This document shows, piece after piece, positions 45,345-55,318 of a stretch of 64,000 nt of DNA; position 1 is the first letter of the stretch; each line of letters begins with the position of its first letter. A program made the translations under genes and the position numbers. This DNA is from Sedimentisphaerales bacterium (GTDB taxonomy: Bacteria > Planctomycetota > Phycisphaerae > Sedimentisphaerales > SM23-30): assembly GCA_028281535.1 (NCBI GenBank), contig JANQJS010000012.1:107185-171184 (forward strand), given 5' to 3'. The notes under the pieces were generated by a model. That model saw nothing but the letters and a program-made list of their open reading frames with translations, did not search any database and was not told where the DNA came from.

Positions 45345-46684
45345 GTGGTGGATTTGAAGTCAATTTCGATGGCTTAGTTGGGCCAACCTATCATTATGGC
45401 GGATTGTCTTATGGCAATATCGCCAGTAAAAAACATTCCGGCCAAATTTCAAATCCAAAACAAGCCGCTCTTCAGGGATTAGAAAAAATGAAATTCCTGC
45501 ATGACCTAGGACTGAAGCAAGCTTTCTTGCCACCTCAGCAGCGACCTGATTTACGATATCTAAACGCTTTAGGTTATAGTGGGCAGCTAAAAAAAATCAT
45601 CGAAAAAATTGCCAAAGAAGATATGGGCTTTTTGTCAGCATGTTTTAGTGCTTCGAATATGTGGACTGCGAATGCTGCAACGATTTCTCCTAGTAAGGAT
45701 TGTGAGAATGGGAAAATTCATATTACCCCGGCAAATTTAGCGACACAATTGCACCGTTCAATGGAAAAAGATTGGACATCTCGGTTATTAAAATCAGTTT
45801 TTAGTGATTTAACTATTTTTCAACATCATGTTGCTCTTCCTAGCGAGCGTTATTTTAGTGACGAAGGTGCTGCTAATCATATTCGATTATGTCGAGATTA
45901 TGATTCTGAAGGGATTGAAGTGTTTGTTTTTGGGCAAGATAACCATTCTAAATTACCAGCAACAAAATATCCCATACGACAATCTTTACAGGCTTCTGAG
46001 TGTATCGCTCGGTCCCATCAGTTGAATCGAGATCGTACACTATTTGTTCAACAAAACCCAGAGGCAATTAATGCAGGGGTTTTTCATAATGATGTTATTT
46101 CCGTTGGTAATTTAAACGTTTTCTTTTATCACGAGAAAGCATTTGTTGAAACTCAGAAAGCAGTATCCGCTATACGGAAAACTTTTGAAGATCATTGTCA
46201 GGCTCATTTATATTTAATTGAAGTCAAAGAAAATCACGTTTCACTAGCAGACGCTGTAGCGTCTTATTTGTTTAATAGTCAGCTAATATCAGTGACTGAT
46301 GAAAAAATGGCATTGATTTGCCCAAGTGATTGTGAAAATTTTAGTCACATTAAAGATCTTTTGAATGAAATTTTGGAGAAAGATAATCCTATCCAAGAAG
46401 TTCATTATGTTAATGTCCGGCAAAGTATGCAAAATGGCGGTGGGCCAGCTTGCTTACGTTTGAGAGTTGTCTTAAATGATAGGCAGCTAGTGGGATGTCA
46501 TTCTGGAGTTCTTTTCGATGAAATCGTTTACGACAAATTAAAGATGTGGGTCAAACAATATTATCGAGACAAGTTACATCTTGATGATCTTGCCGACCCT
46601 AAATTATGGGAAGAAAATTGTCAGGCATTTAGTGTGTTAAGTGATGTCTTAAAGCTAGAACCATCACTTTACAATTCATATTAA
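45341..46684 (+). CDS. astB: N-succinylarginine dihydrolase
   Basis: EVNFDGLVGPTYHYGGLSYGNIAS, FHNDVI and C-terminal NGGGPACLRLRV are AstB hallmarks. A 4-nt overlap (ATGA) with astD suggests translational coupling. Confidence 0.92.
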   Translation: MSGGFEVNFDGLVGPTYHYGGLSYGNIASKKHSGQISNPKQAALQGLEKMKFLHDLGLKQAFLPPQQRPDLRYLNALGYSGQLKKIIEKIAKEDMGFLSACFSASNMWTANAATISPSKDCENGKIHITPANLATQLHRSMEKDWTSRLLKSVFSDLTIFQHHVALPSERYFSDEGAANHIRLCRDYDSEGIEVFVFGQDNHSKLPATKYPIRQSLQASECIARSHQLNRDRTLFVQQNPEAINAGVFHNDVISVGNLNVFFYHEKAFVETQKAVSAIRKTFEDHCQAHLYLIEVKENHVSLADAVASYLFNSQLISVTDEKMALICPSDCENFSHIKDLLNEILEKDNPIQEVHYVNVRQSMQNGGGPACLRLRVVLNDRQLVGCHSGVLFDEIVYDKLKMWVKQYYRDKLHLDDLADPKLWEENCQAFSVLSDVLKLEPSLYNSY

Positions 46685-48453
46685 TCATCTTTTATTTGAA
46701 GGTATCCCATCATGCCGTTTTTGCTATGTTCGAGGATATGGCAATGGTAGAGCCAACCTCCAGATGAGTTCTCACCAGGTTTTTTTCCAAAAGCTTCAAT
46801 TTCACCTTCGCGGCCTTGGTCATCAATATAGGCAACAACGCGCGTAATGGTTTTTGCTGTCTGAGTTTTCATACTGAGTTTGCCTGGGATCCGGATGGTA
46901 TCCATGATTTCCAGATGATTGGCAGGAACATGTTTACGTCCATTTTCAATGATACGTCCTTTATCAATCCAAACGGTGTCAATGTGTTGAAAAGTGAAAC
47001 CATGTAAATGGAAATTATGATCGCCACCTGTCGTATTATGAATTTCAAAGATGACCGTATCTCCAGGTTTTACCGTTGGAGCATCCTTTGGGGTGATTTG
47101 GGGAAATGGGAGAGGATCGCCATTTTCAGCAGTATGCATCCAAAAAGTAACATCTCCATTCGGATCGGGTTTTCCGTGACCCATTGTGACTAAGATTGTT
47201 TCAGCATTTTCAATATCATAGGGTTCAATATCGACCAACTTTCTTGGTGGAGCATACTGTTGGTGAACCATTTGTTTTGGTTTTTTTAATTTAAATTTTA
47301 ATAAATTTTCAGGTGGCAACATGCCATCGTTGTGTTGATGCTCAAAATCATATTTCTTCTTATGGGGAGGAAAAATAATATTAGTTAAATGGCGACCACG
47401 TGGATAATCATGCCATTCAAGTGGAATCGTTTCACCTGGTTTACCTTCAAGGGTAATGATGATATCGACGCGTTCTCCAGGCGTCAGGATGATGCCGCCA
47501 TCGTCAGGATCGAAGTTAGACATGGTTTCAGGCATCATGCTCGTCATCATGGGGGTGTGGGTGTGTCCACGTTTTTTCATGAGTCTGGTGAAGATTTTTG
47601 TCTCTACTTGTTTGATTGGGTCAATAGGCAGAGGTTCTTCAAGTAATCCCAGGTCACTGCCGATGTGCCAGAGGCGATGCTTGGGAACAGAGAGTCGCAT
47701 GAAACGTACATTTGAAGCATTGACAAAACGATATAAATAGGGGACACCGATTTCGATTTCATGTGTTGGACGAACTTTGCCATCGACGAGCATCACATTG
47801 CCTTCGCGGCCATTAACTTTCGTGCTGGCTCGTTCGAGAACTGTTGTGGGAAATGCTGGTGCGAGTTGAAAGGTGTGTTCGTCTAGTAAAACATCATCTA
47901 GTATGACAACACGTTGGTTTTCAGGAAGTTTTAATTTCATTTCAAGGTGGTGGTCTCTTACGACTAATGCGCCATAGAGTCCTTTTTCCACTTGTTCGTT
48001 GGTGTTGAAGTGTGGATGATACCAATAGACTGCTGGGCGGTTTAATTTAAATTCGTATTTGAACGTGCCGCCTGGTGGGATTGGCTTTTGGGAAATATTG
48101 CTACCGTCCATGATGGCTGGGACTTCTACGCCATGCCAGTGGATGGTTGTCGCTTCGGGCAAATTATTTTTGAAGTGGACGATTAGTGTGTCGCCAACTT
48201 TGGTTTCGATGATCGGACCGGGGACGGAGCCGTTGTAGCACCAGACGTTGGTGGGTTTGCCAAAGACATATGATACTTGGCCTTCTTGCGCGATGAGTTC
48301 GACTTCAACAATATCTGGATCTGGGTTCATGTCGACCAGGGGAATTTTCTTTGAGAGGTTCATACTGGTATTCTTCGGTCCTGAATTTTGGCATGAGGTC
48401 AGGATCAGTGGTACAAGTAGTAAGGTTGCTAATAGTCTTATTTGCAAATGCAT
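46681..48453 (-). CDS. Multicopper oxidase lipoprotein
   Basis: Copper-ligand motifs TIHWHGVEVP, WYHPH, HLHGF, HCHILEHSKNGMMG. Lipobox LILTSC. Confidence 0.85.
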   Translation of the reverse strand: MHLQIRLLATLLLVPLILTSCQNSGPKNTSMNLSKKIPLVDMNPDPDIVEVELIAQEGQVSYVFGKPTNVWCYNGSVPGPIIETKVGDTLIVHFKNNLPEATTIHWHGVEVPAIMDGSNISQKPIPPGGTFKYEFKLNRPAVYWYHPHFNTNEQVEKGLYGALVVRDHHLEMKLKLPENQRVVILDDVLLDEHTFQLAPAFPTTVLERASTKVNGREGNVMLVDGKVRPTHEIEIGVPYLYRFVNASNVRFMRLSVPKHRLWHIGSDLGLLEEPLPIDPIKQVETKIFTRLMKKRGHTHTPMMTSMMPETMSNFDPDDGGIILTPGERVDIIITLEGKPGETIPLEWHDYPRGRHLTNIIFPPHKKKYDFEHQHNDGMLPPENLLKFKLKKPKQMVHQQYAPPRKLVDIEPYDIENAETILVTMGHGKPDPNGDVTFWMHTAENGDPLPFPQITPKDAPTVKPGDTVIFEIHNTTGGDHNFHLHGFTFQHIDTVWIDKGRIIENGRKHVPANHLEIMDTIRIPGKLSMKTQTAKTITRVVAYIDDQGREGEIEAFGKKPGENSSGGWLYHCHILEHSKNGMMGYLQIKDD

Positions 48454-48698
48454 AGAATCTCCACTTTTCTGGCTGTTGGGCAGCAGATATGAAACACTAT
48501 TTTTATAATTGTTTTCAACAAAAGATTTTATCTTAAATTCTAGCTATTGTAAATAGTTATTTTCATTGTATAAGATTCATAACCATAGTGATTATACGTA
48601 TGTGCTAATTTTGTGTTCTCATTTAGTTAGTGATCATATGGGTGTGATTTGTAAGCAAAAATAGGATTTGTCAAATTTGGTCTAAAAAATCATAGAAG

Positions 48699-51203
48699 CT
48701 AATTCGAATCAGAATTATTCCAACGATTTAAATAGACTTCTTTGAATGATTCTTTGTATTTGGGGCGGTCAATAAGCACACAATTTGGGCAATATAGTTT
48801 GCCTTTGTCGCATTGTATTTGGCAGCGGATTCTTTTGCCCTTTTTTTGTTTTTGGTTTGCTTGAAAGGAATTTGGTGATCTTGTTCTCAAGTGACTTGAA
48901 CTGTTTCGTATATTTCCCAGAACATTTGGTCGAATTAGGTCTGAAATATTTTTTCTTTTCACGATATTATTTTGGACAACTAAAAACCCTGTAGCGTCAC
49001 ATAATTTACAACTGATATGTCCGCTCCCATTGCAAACATCACAAGAGGCTTGCGGTTCGATGTAGCCTTTTTTAAAGTCTTTTACCAATCCAGAATAATA
49101 AATACTTTTTTTATGTTTATTGATGTCGACCGGCTCTGGGTAGAGATCCATTTCAACAGGGCGGCTTATCGGTTGTTTGACATAATCATATTCTGAAAAA
49201 CGATAGAGATCATTGTTCATACTAAAATAATATTCATCTCCAGTAGGGATCATATAAAACTTATCAGCTAGGTATTCTTTTCTGTGAGTGATATTTGGCA
49301 TATTATTTTTATTTAAGAAGATATATTCGTCCATTTCAGGTACGTAAATTAAGGTTTTGCCATCAAATGGCCCACCTACATATTTTCCTGAGACTTCGAC
49401 AGAGTCAACAATTTTAATAATCCTTTTAATGTCCGATTGAATTGCTGGAAATTCATTTTCAGTATATAGATATCCATCATGCAAATAATAACCTTTGTCA
49501 AACAATAGGAGGCTTGGGTAGATTAATTGATGTCGCCTGGTATTGGTCATTTTTTTGATGGAGTGAAATTTTTGATCTGACTGTCTTTTGTTTAATATTT
49601 TTCGACCATTCCATATTTGTTCCAATCCTAATTGTTCAGTATAGGACTTTACCCATTCTTGGCCAATTTCACGAGGCTTCTCTTCTTCAATAAATTCTTG
49701 TTTTGTTTCGTCGATGATCGAAACACCCCAAGCCCATTTATCGAGCGGTTTTGGGATAGTTGCTTTTGAAATATTGATTAAACGATTGATAGCAACAGCA
49801 AAATTTAAATTTTGCGATTCGGTTAAATAGAAACTGACCACGCCGACAACTTCACCCTGTTGATTTAATACAGGGCTACCACTGGATCCTTGTGATATAG
49901 GGGCGCTAATTTGTATCATTTGGTTTTTCTGGATATTACTATTTAGATACTCTCGATGTTTTTGCTGGTTTTTTGAAATCCAATGACTGCTAAAACTAAA
50001 ATCGCGAATTTGGGAAATAATGCCTTCACTGACTGTTTGTTCCAGGCCAAAAGGTGATCCGATGACGGTGATTTTTTCCCCTTGTTTTGGTGGTTTGTGA
50101 GAAAGCGTTAAACTTGGTGCTGTTTTAAGTGGTCGTTTTAGGGAGACCTGAATTAGGTCGAATTCTTCGCTTTCTGCTATGACATTCCCGATGGGATAAG
50201 TTAAACCATTTTTCGTTACAATCTCAGCACTTCCGCTTCCTTCAAGTACATGATAGTTTGTAACTATATCCCCATTGTTGATAAAAAAACCAGTACCTGA
50301 TCCAATTTTGTTTCCACGCGCGTCTTTGACAATGACAGTGACTATGCTTGGGCTTGTAAGTTCTATTAACTTGGGTAGATCCAGTGTGGCAGGGGATGTT
50401 TTGGTTGGGTTTTCTTTATAACTCTTTTGGGTCGAATTGCGTGAGCTAATCCAGTCATTTATAGTCATAACTTTATTTGACGCATTTGCCTGGCGATAGT
50501 GATAGCCACCAATAACCGCATATTTAGATGGCGCCTTTTTGTTATCGATGGTTAATATGCCCAGGCAAATGGGTTGGTTAGATTCAAATTTCCAAACTCC
50601 TACTCCTTCAAGTGAGTTGTCGAAATCTGTTGCTATTAACTCAATGCTTTCGGGATAATTTAGTAAGCCACCAAACTGTCGAGTTTGATGGAAACCTTGG
50701 CGAGAATTTGTAAATAATTTTTTTACTAATGCGCTATTTTTGTAAATGTCTTTTTTATTTTCATCTTTGAAATCTAAAGCCCAAACGCGTTCATTTTTCC
50801 TTATCCTGTTCATATCGAATTTTGTATCATGTTGAAATGATTTTTTTGAATTATTGATCATTAGAATAATGGTACGTTTGTCATTGTCATATCCAAAAAT
50901 GAAATCAACTTTAAAACTTTGATTGTTCCAATTAGTGACTACAATACTATATGCATCCTGAACGAGTTTGTAAGAGGTAAGAACTTTTTCTTGTTTCTTA
51001 CTGATAAAAACCCCACGTCCCTCGCGAAGGAGTTTGTTTTGTTTGTCATACACATTTATTTTCACTGTTTTTTTTACGGCTATTTTTGCGTAGTAATCTG
51101 ATTGTGCAAAGAGCGTGTTTGTTTTGTTTGGTATTGCAATAACACATAAAAATAAAAAAATTAAGATGTGATATGTTCTCATAGGTAAAACTATTTCTTT
51201 CAC
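48699..51203 (-). CDS. Large secreted S1-family (HtrA/trypsin-like) serine protease with C-terminal DnaJ-type Cys-rich zinc-finger region
   Basis: GTGFFINNGDIVTNYHVLEG (His) and SQGSSGSPVLN (Ser) in the centre. C-terminal CDVCNGSGHISCKLCDATG and CQIQCDKGKLYCPNC. Flanking ~290-aa N-terminal and ~230-aa middle regions are unassigned. Start may be M8. Confidence 0.7.
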   Translation of the reverse strand: MKEIVLPMRTYHILIFLFLCVIAIPNKTNTLFAQSDYYAKIAVKKTVKINVYDKQNKLLREGRGVFISKKQEKVLTSYKLVQDAYSIVVTNWNNQSFKVDFIFGYDNDKRTIILMINNSKKSFQHDTKFDMNRIRKNERVWALDFKDENKKDIYKNSALVKKLFTNSRQGFHQTRQFGGLLNYPESIELIATDFDNSLEGVGVWKFESNQPICLGILTIDNKKAPSKYAVIGGYHYRQANASNKVMTINDWISSRNSTQKSYKENPTKTSPATLDLPKLIELTSPSIVTVIVKDARGNKIGSGTGFFINNGDIVTNYHVLEGSGSAEIVTKNGLTYPIGNVIAESEEFDLIQVSLKRPLKTAPSLTLSHKPPKQGEKITVIGSPFGLEQTVSEGIISQIRDFSFSSHWISKNQQKHREYLNSNIQKNQMIQISAPISQGSSGSPVLNQQGEVVGVVSFYLTESQNLNFAVAINRLINISKATIPKPLDKWAWGVSIIDETKQEFIEEEKPREIGQEWVKSYTEQLGLEQIWNGRKILNKRQSDQKFHSIKKMTNTRRHQLIYPSLLLFDKGYYLHDGYLYTENEFPAIQSDIKRIIKIVDSVEVSGKYVGGPFDGKTLIYVPEMDEYIFLNKNNMPNITHRKEYLADKFYMIPTGDEYYFSMNNDLYRFSEYDYVKQPISRPVEMDLYPEPVDINKHKKSIYYSGLVKDFKKGYIEPQASCDVCNGSGHISCKLCDATGFLVVQNNIVKRKNISDLIRPNVLGNIRNSSSHLRTRSPNSFQANQKQKKGKRIRCQIQCDKGKLYCPNCVLIDRPKYKESFKEVYLNRWNNSDSN

Positions 51204-51351
51204 TGAATGATGTTCGTTAAATATTGTTATGGTATTTGCCCTTTCGTTCCCAGTATTATATCAAGCCGCTTTTTGCTTTAAAAGAGTAAATTAGGCATCA
51301 ATCATTCGATAAAACTACTCTTTGGTCGTTTTGTTGGGATTCTTTTTGAGA

Positions 51352-52107
51352 TTACCATGGTGTTCGGGCGCCGTTGACGCAGAGGGTTTGCCCGCTGACG
51401 AAGGAGGCGTTGTCTCTTGCAAAGTAGAGGGCGGCGTCGGCGATATCTGCTTCGGTTCCCCATCGACCGGCGGGGACTGTTTTAATGTAATCGTCTTTGA
51501 CGGATTGCGGGTCATTGGTGTGCCGCAAATTGGGGACCCATCCTGGTGAGATGAGATTAACGGTAATACCGTAGGGGGCAAGTTCTTTGGCCATGCTCAT
51601 GGTCCAACCTTTTTGGCCACCTTTGGCGGCTACGTAGGCGCTGAAGTTTGGACGGGCTTCTTCGTAGACTTCGCTGCCAATATTGATGATGCGGCCCCAT
51701 TTTTTTTGTTTCATGGCAGGTACGACCGCACGGGTTAGGAGGAAAGGGCTGATGATAAAAAAGTCGATCATATCCTGGTATTGTTTAAGGGTATAGTTTT
51801 CAATCGGATTATCGGGAATGTCAGGTGTGGCGTTGGGAACAAGGATGTCAACTGGACCGAGTTGATCTTCGATAGAGTTTACCATGTCGTTGACACTTTG
51901 TTCGTCACTGACGTTACCTTTAAGTAAGATCCCTTCGCCGCCGATGGTTTGTAATTCTTTATAAACAGATTCGGCGGTGGCTTGATCGCGATAATAATTG
52001 ATGACCACTTTGGCACCTTCACGAGCGAACGTAAATGCGATTTCTTTACCCAGGCCTTTTGTGCAGCCTGTGACAAGTGCGACTTTTCCTTCTAGCGATT
52101 TTGACAT
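51352..52107 (-). CDS. Short-chain dehydrogenase/reductase (FabG-like)
   Basis: KVALVTGCTKGLG, NIGS and YVAAKGG (YxxxK). The ATG ending at 52107 fits; the track ORF is extended to 52179. Confidence 0.85.
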   Translation of the reverse strand: MSKSLEGKVALVTGCTKGLGKEIAFTFAREGAKVVINYYRDQATAESVYKELQTIGGEGILLKGNVSDEQSVNDMVNSIEDQLGPVDILVPNATPDIPDNPIENYTLKQYQDMIDFFIISPFLLTRAVVPAMKQKKWGRIINIGSEVYEEARPNFSAYVAAKGGQKGWTMSMAKELAPYGITVNLISPGWVPNLRHTNDPQSVKDDYIKTVPAGRWGTEADIADAALYFARDNASFVSGQTLCVNGARTPW

Positions 52108-52165
52108 GAACAGCTTCCTCTTATGTGTAAAATGGTTTACAGGGGCATCTGTAAATTTGGGGTCG

Positions 52166-52876
52166 TTAGATTTTACCATGTAAGTATTTTTTACGCAATG
52201 TCTCTGGGAATTTTTCTATGGCATATCTTAACATGGTTCTAGGCATGGTTTTATAATGTTTTTTAAGGAAAGCTTCTTCGGTTTTTCGATCGCGATTGCC
52301 GACTTCTCGTAGCATCCAGCCGACGGCTTTGTGGATGAGGTCTTCTTTGTCGTGGAGTAAGATTTCAGCTAATGCTAGTGTGTCATCGAAATCCTTCTCT
52401 TTGATAAAGTAGTAAGTTGAAATAATCGCGATGCGTCGTTTCCAGAGTGATTTGGATTTGACATATTGATAGAGTAATTTTCGGTCTCGCTCAAAGAGAT
52501 AGACGCCAATGATATGGTGGACGATGGTATCGACCAGGTCCCAGTTATTCATGCTATTTACATGTTTGATGAGGAATTGGTAGATCGTTTTTTGCGTTTT
52601 TTCATCTTTCGCTCGTTTGAATTGATCGACCAGGATGAGTAGGCCTGCGAAACGTTCTTCGTGCCATTTGGAGGCGAGACATTTTTCGATATTGACAAAA
52701 CTAAGTTCGCGAAATTGGCGTGCGACTTTGCGTGTTTTTGGTACGGGCAAGCCTAGAAATTTGTCGCCTTCGCCATATTCTCCAGGACCGGTTTTGAAAA
52801 ATCGAGCATGAAATTTGGCGCGTTCTGGTTGGGCATGCGATTTTAGTTCTTTGCGAAGTTGTGTGAGTGGGGTCAT
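52166..52876 (-). CDS. DNA alkylation repair protein (AlkD/AlkC-like HEAT-repeat family)
   Basis: RFFKTGPGEYGEGDKFLGLPVPKTR and WMLREVG are typical of the DNA_alkylation family. Confidence 0.75.
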   Translation of the reverse strand: MTPLTQLRKELKSHAQPERAKFHARFFKTGPGEYGEGDKFLGLPVPKTRKVARQFRELSFVNIEKCLASKWHEERFAGLLILVDQFKRAKDEKTQKTIYQFLIKHVNSMNNWDLVDTIVHHIIGVYLFERDRKLLYQYVKSKSLWKRRIAIISTYYFIKEKDFDDTLALAEILLHDKEDLIHKAVGWMLREVGNRDRKTEEAFLKKHYKTMPRTMLRYAIEKFPETLRKKYLHGKI

Positions 52877-53075
52877 TTTTCTATCCTTTAAAAAGTGAGT
52901 TTTAGGAGTGTATCATCTTTTGTTTTATTTGTCTTGTTTGGTTTTGGTGGTTTTAAGTTAAGGATATATAGGTGTTTATGCGATGCAAGAGGGGCAGTGT
53001 TTTACAAAAGATTGTCACTAATAATATTTTCCGAATTTTCATAGTATCTGCTATAATGATAGTTTAGAGAGAAAT

Positions 53076-53963
53076 ATGACAAGCTTACCTTTACCAGAAC
53101 AGATTTTACTTGTTGCGGTACTGCTATTTTACATCGCGGCCGCGATTTTTGGCTGGCTACAAATCCGGCCCAATGGCAAATCTTATAGCCGCATTATTAC
53201 CCATCTTTTTTCCGTTGCGATTGTGCTTGAAGTGGTGATTATGGTCTTTCGTGCCGCAGCGATTCAAGCGATTCCTCTAACAGGAACCTTTGAGTCGATG
53301 ATCGTCCTGACGGTGATTTTTGGCATGACCTATTTGTTGATGGGGATCGCATTTGAGCAGGTCTGGTTCAGTTCGGTGATGAGTTGGGTGTTGTTGGGGA
53401 TGATTCTCATAACGGCATTTGTCGCGACACCTGCAAGCCAAGTACAAGAAGTGGCGATGACGCCTTGGACCTATGCTCATGCATTGATGATGATCCTGGC
53501 GGAGGTGATGATTTTATTTGCCACAATTTCAGCAATTGTTTACTTGATAGCCGATCATCATTTAAAACAGAAAAAGATATTTAAAGTCATTGGGATTGTT
53601 CCCAATATGGAAAAATTGCAAAGTATGAATCACTATGGTGTGATTTATGCTTTTATCCTTGTAACATTGGGGCTTTTGAGTGGTTTTGGGATGGCGTATC
53701 TGCGATCAACCAATTTGGGGGTTGAATTTGTGGATTGGTTTGGTGACCCAAAAGTAGTGACTGTTTTTGTCGTATGGGGGATGATTGCAGCGATTCTATA
53801 TATCAAACGATTTACTCGATTGAGCCGGAAGGTTCGATTTTATTTAATTATGGCTACCTTGGTTTTGACGATTATTGGAGAATTGTGCCCTAGCACATCC
53901 AAGCATGATTTTAAACAGGAGCCGCAATCGCAAGCAGCTTCGATCAAAATCATACAAGAGTAA
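53076..53963 (+). CDS. CcsA/HemX-like cytochrome c assembly family membrane protein
   Basis: ~8 TM helices, located directly upstream of hemA (hemA/hemX pairing known from Bacillus). No clear WWD heme-handling motif seen. Confidence 0.55.
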   Translation: MTSLPLPEQILLVAVLLFYIAAAIFGWLQIRPNGKSYSRIITHLFSVAIVLEVVIMVFRAAAIQAIPLTGTFESMIVLTVIFGMTYLLMGIAFEQVWFSSVMSWVLLGMILITAFVATPASQVQEVAMTPWTYAHALMMILAEVMILFATISAIVYLIADHHLKQKKIFKVIGIVPNMEKLQSMNHYGVIYAFILVTLGLLSGFGMAYLRSTNLGVEFVDWFGDPKVVTVFVVWGMIAAILYIKRFTRLSRKVRFYLIMATLVLTIIGELCPSTSKHDFKQEPQSQAASIKIIQE

Positions 53964-53967
53964 CTGC

Positions 53968-55248
53968 ATGAAAGTATTTATAGTTGGTTTAAATCATAAG
54001 ACGGCGACGGTGGATATCCGTGAGAAGCTGGCGTTTAATCACGACCAGACTCAGCAGATGCTTGGTAAGCTGAAAGAAGATTTTGCCGATGTCGAATTTG
54101 TATTAATTTCAACGTGTAATCGCGTGGAAGTCTATTGTGGTTATGATCAGCAGAGCGGTATTCGCAGCGAGATGATTGTCGAGAGATTGGCCGCATATAA
54201 GAACATCTCGACGGAGTCATTTCAATCCTTGGTATATGTCCATTATGATGATGAGGCGGTTCGTCATTTACTAGAGGTGGCTTCCAGTCTGGATAGTATG
54301 GTGTTGGGTGATGCCCAGATCAATGCCCAGGTCAAGGAAAGTTATCATGTGGCCTGTGAAGCGAATGCAACGGGCAAAGTTTTGAATCGACTCTTCCATT
54401 GTGCGTTTTCAGCCAGTAAAGATGTTTATACGTTAACATCGATTTCCTGTCGGCGTGTGAGCGTGGCAGGTGTGGCGGTGAATTTAGCCAAGCAGTTATT
54501 TGCGGATTTGACCAAAGCGAAAGTGACCGTGATTGGTGCGGGGGATATGGGTGAACTTCTGATTAAGCATTTGTTGGATGATCATTGCCGCGATATTACC
54601 GTTTGCAATCGAACGCTGCAGCGGGCAGAGGGAATCGCCAGTAAATATGATATTAGCGTTGGACCCTGGGAGCAATTGAATCATTGTCTGGAGAAAACGG
54701 ATATTGTGGTTGCTGCGGCGACAACGGATGATTATTTGTTTGATGGCATTTTCTGCCGCGATTTGATGCAGAAGCGTCGCAGTCGAGCGATACTTGTGAT
54801 AGATATTGCGGTGCCACGTAACTTTGATCCACAAGCCAATGAACTGGACGATTTTTATCTCTATAGCGTGGATGATCTGGAGCAGGTGATTCAAACGAAT
54901 ATCGAGGCACGCCAGGCGGATCGAGATCAGGCCGATCGCATCATCAGTCAAGCGGTGTCTGATTTTATGGACTGGCTGGATATGATGGATATTGGGCCAT
55001 TGCTTGGTAAGCTCAAAGAAAATTTCCATGCAATCAGTAAGGTTGAATTACAAGCTTATTTGGATGCTCATCCAAACATGCCTGAGATGGCAAAGCAGCA
55101 AGCAGAAAAGTTGGTTTATCGACTTGTTAACAAGCAGCTCCATTATCTTTTCGGCCACATCAACAACCTCGCTCGAGATAAAAATATCACCGACGTGACC
55201 CGCCTTGTCAATCAGATCGTTGAGCATACAGATGATAGTCTTATTTAG
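53968..55248 (+). CDS. hemA: Glutamyl-tRNA reductase
   Basis: MKVFIVGLNHKTATVDIREKLAF, STCNRVEVY, VIGAGDMGE. The ATG at 53968 follows the upstream stop; the track ORF start at 53875 is over-extended. Confidence 0.92.
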   Translation: MKVFIVGLNHKTATVDIREKLAFNHDQTQQMLGKLKEDFADVEFVLISTCNRVEVYCGYDQQSGIRSEMIVERLAAYKNISTESFQSLVYVHYDDEAVRHLLEVASSLDSMVLGDAQINAQVKESYHVACEANATGKVLNRLFHCAFSASKDVYTLTSISCRRVSVAGVAVNLAKQLFADLTKAKVTVIGAGDMGELLIKHLLDDHCRDITVCNRTLQRAEGIASKYDISVGPWEQLNHCLEKTDIVVAAATTDDYLFDGIFCRDLMQKRRSRAILVIDIAVPRNFDPQANELDDFYLYSVDDLEQVIQTNIEARQADRDQADRIISQAVSDFMDWLDMMDIGPLLGKLKENFHAISKVELQAYLDAHPNMPEMAKQQAEKLVYRLVNKQLHYLFGHINNLARDKNITDVTRLVNQIVEHTDDSLI

Positions 55249-55318
55249 AGGGGAAAAGCAATCTGCCGTATTAAGTAAATTAAAGTTAATAACTTTTTAT
55301 CATGATTGCTTGATAGAT

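Noticed and set aside
51315-51581. 88-aa Pro/Thr-rich minus-strand ORF
   Set aside because: It is an alternative frame overlapping the 3' end of the SDR gene, which has clear family motifs. No independent support.
53875-53967. N-terminal extension of the hemA ORF in the track (also astD 43827, dapA 18178, SDR 52179, and lipoprotein/LamG/DUF1080 extensions)
   Set aside because: The extensions overlap the preceding gene or lack an RBS. Internal ATGs give canonical N-termini or signal peptides with Shine-Dalgarno-like sequences, so the shorter coordinates are preferred.
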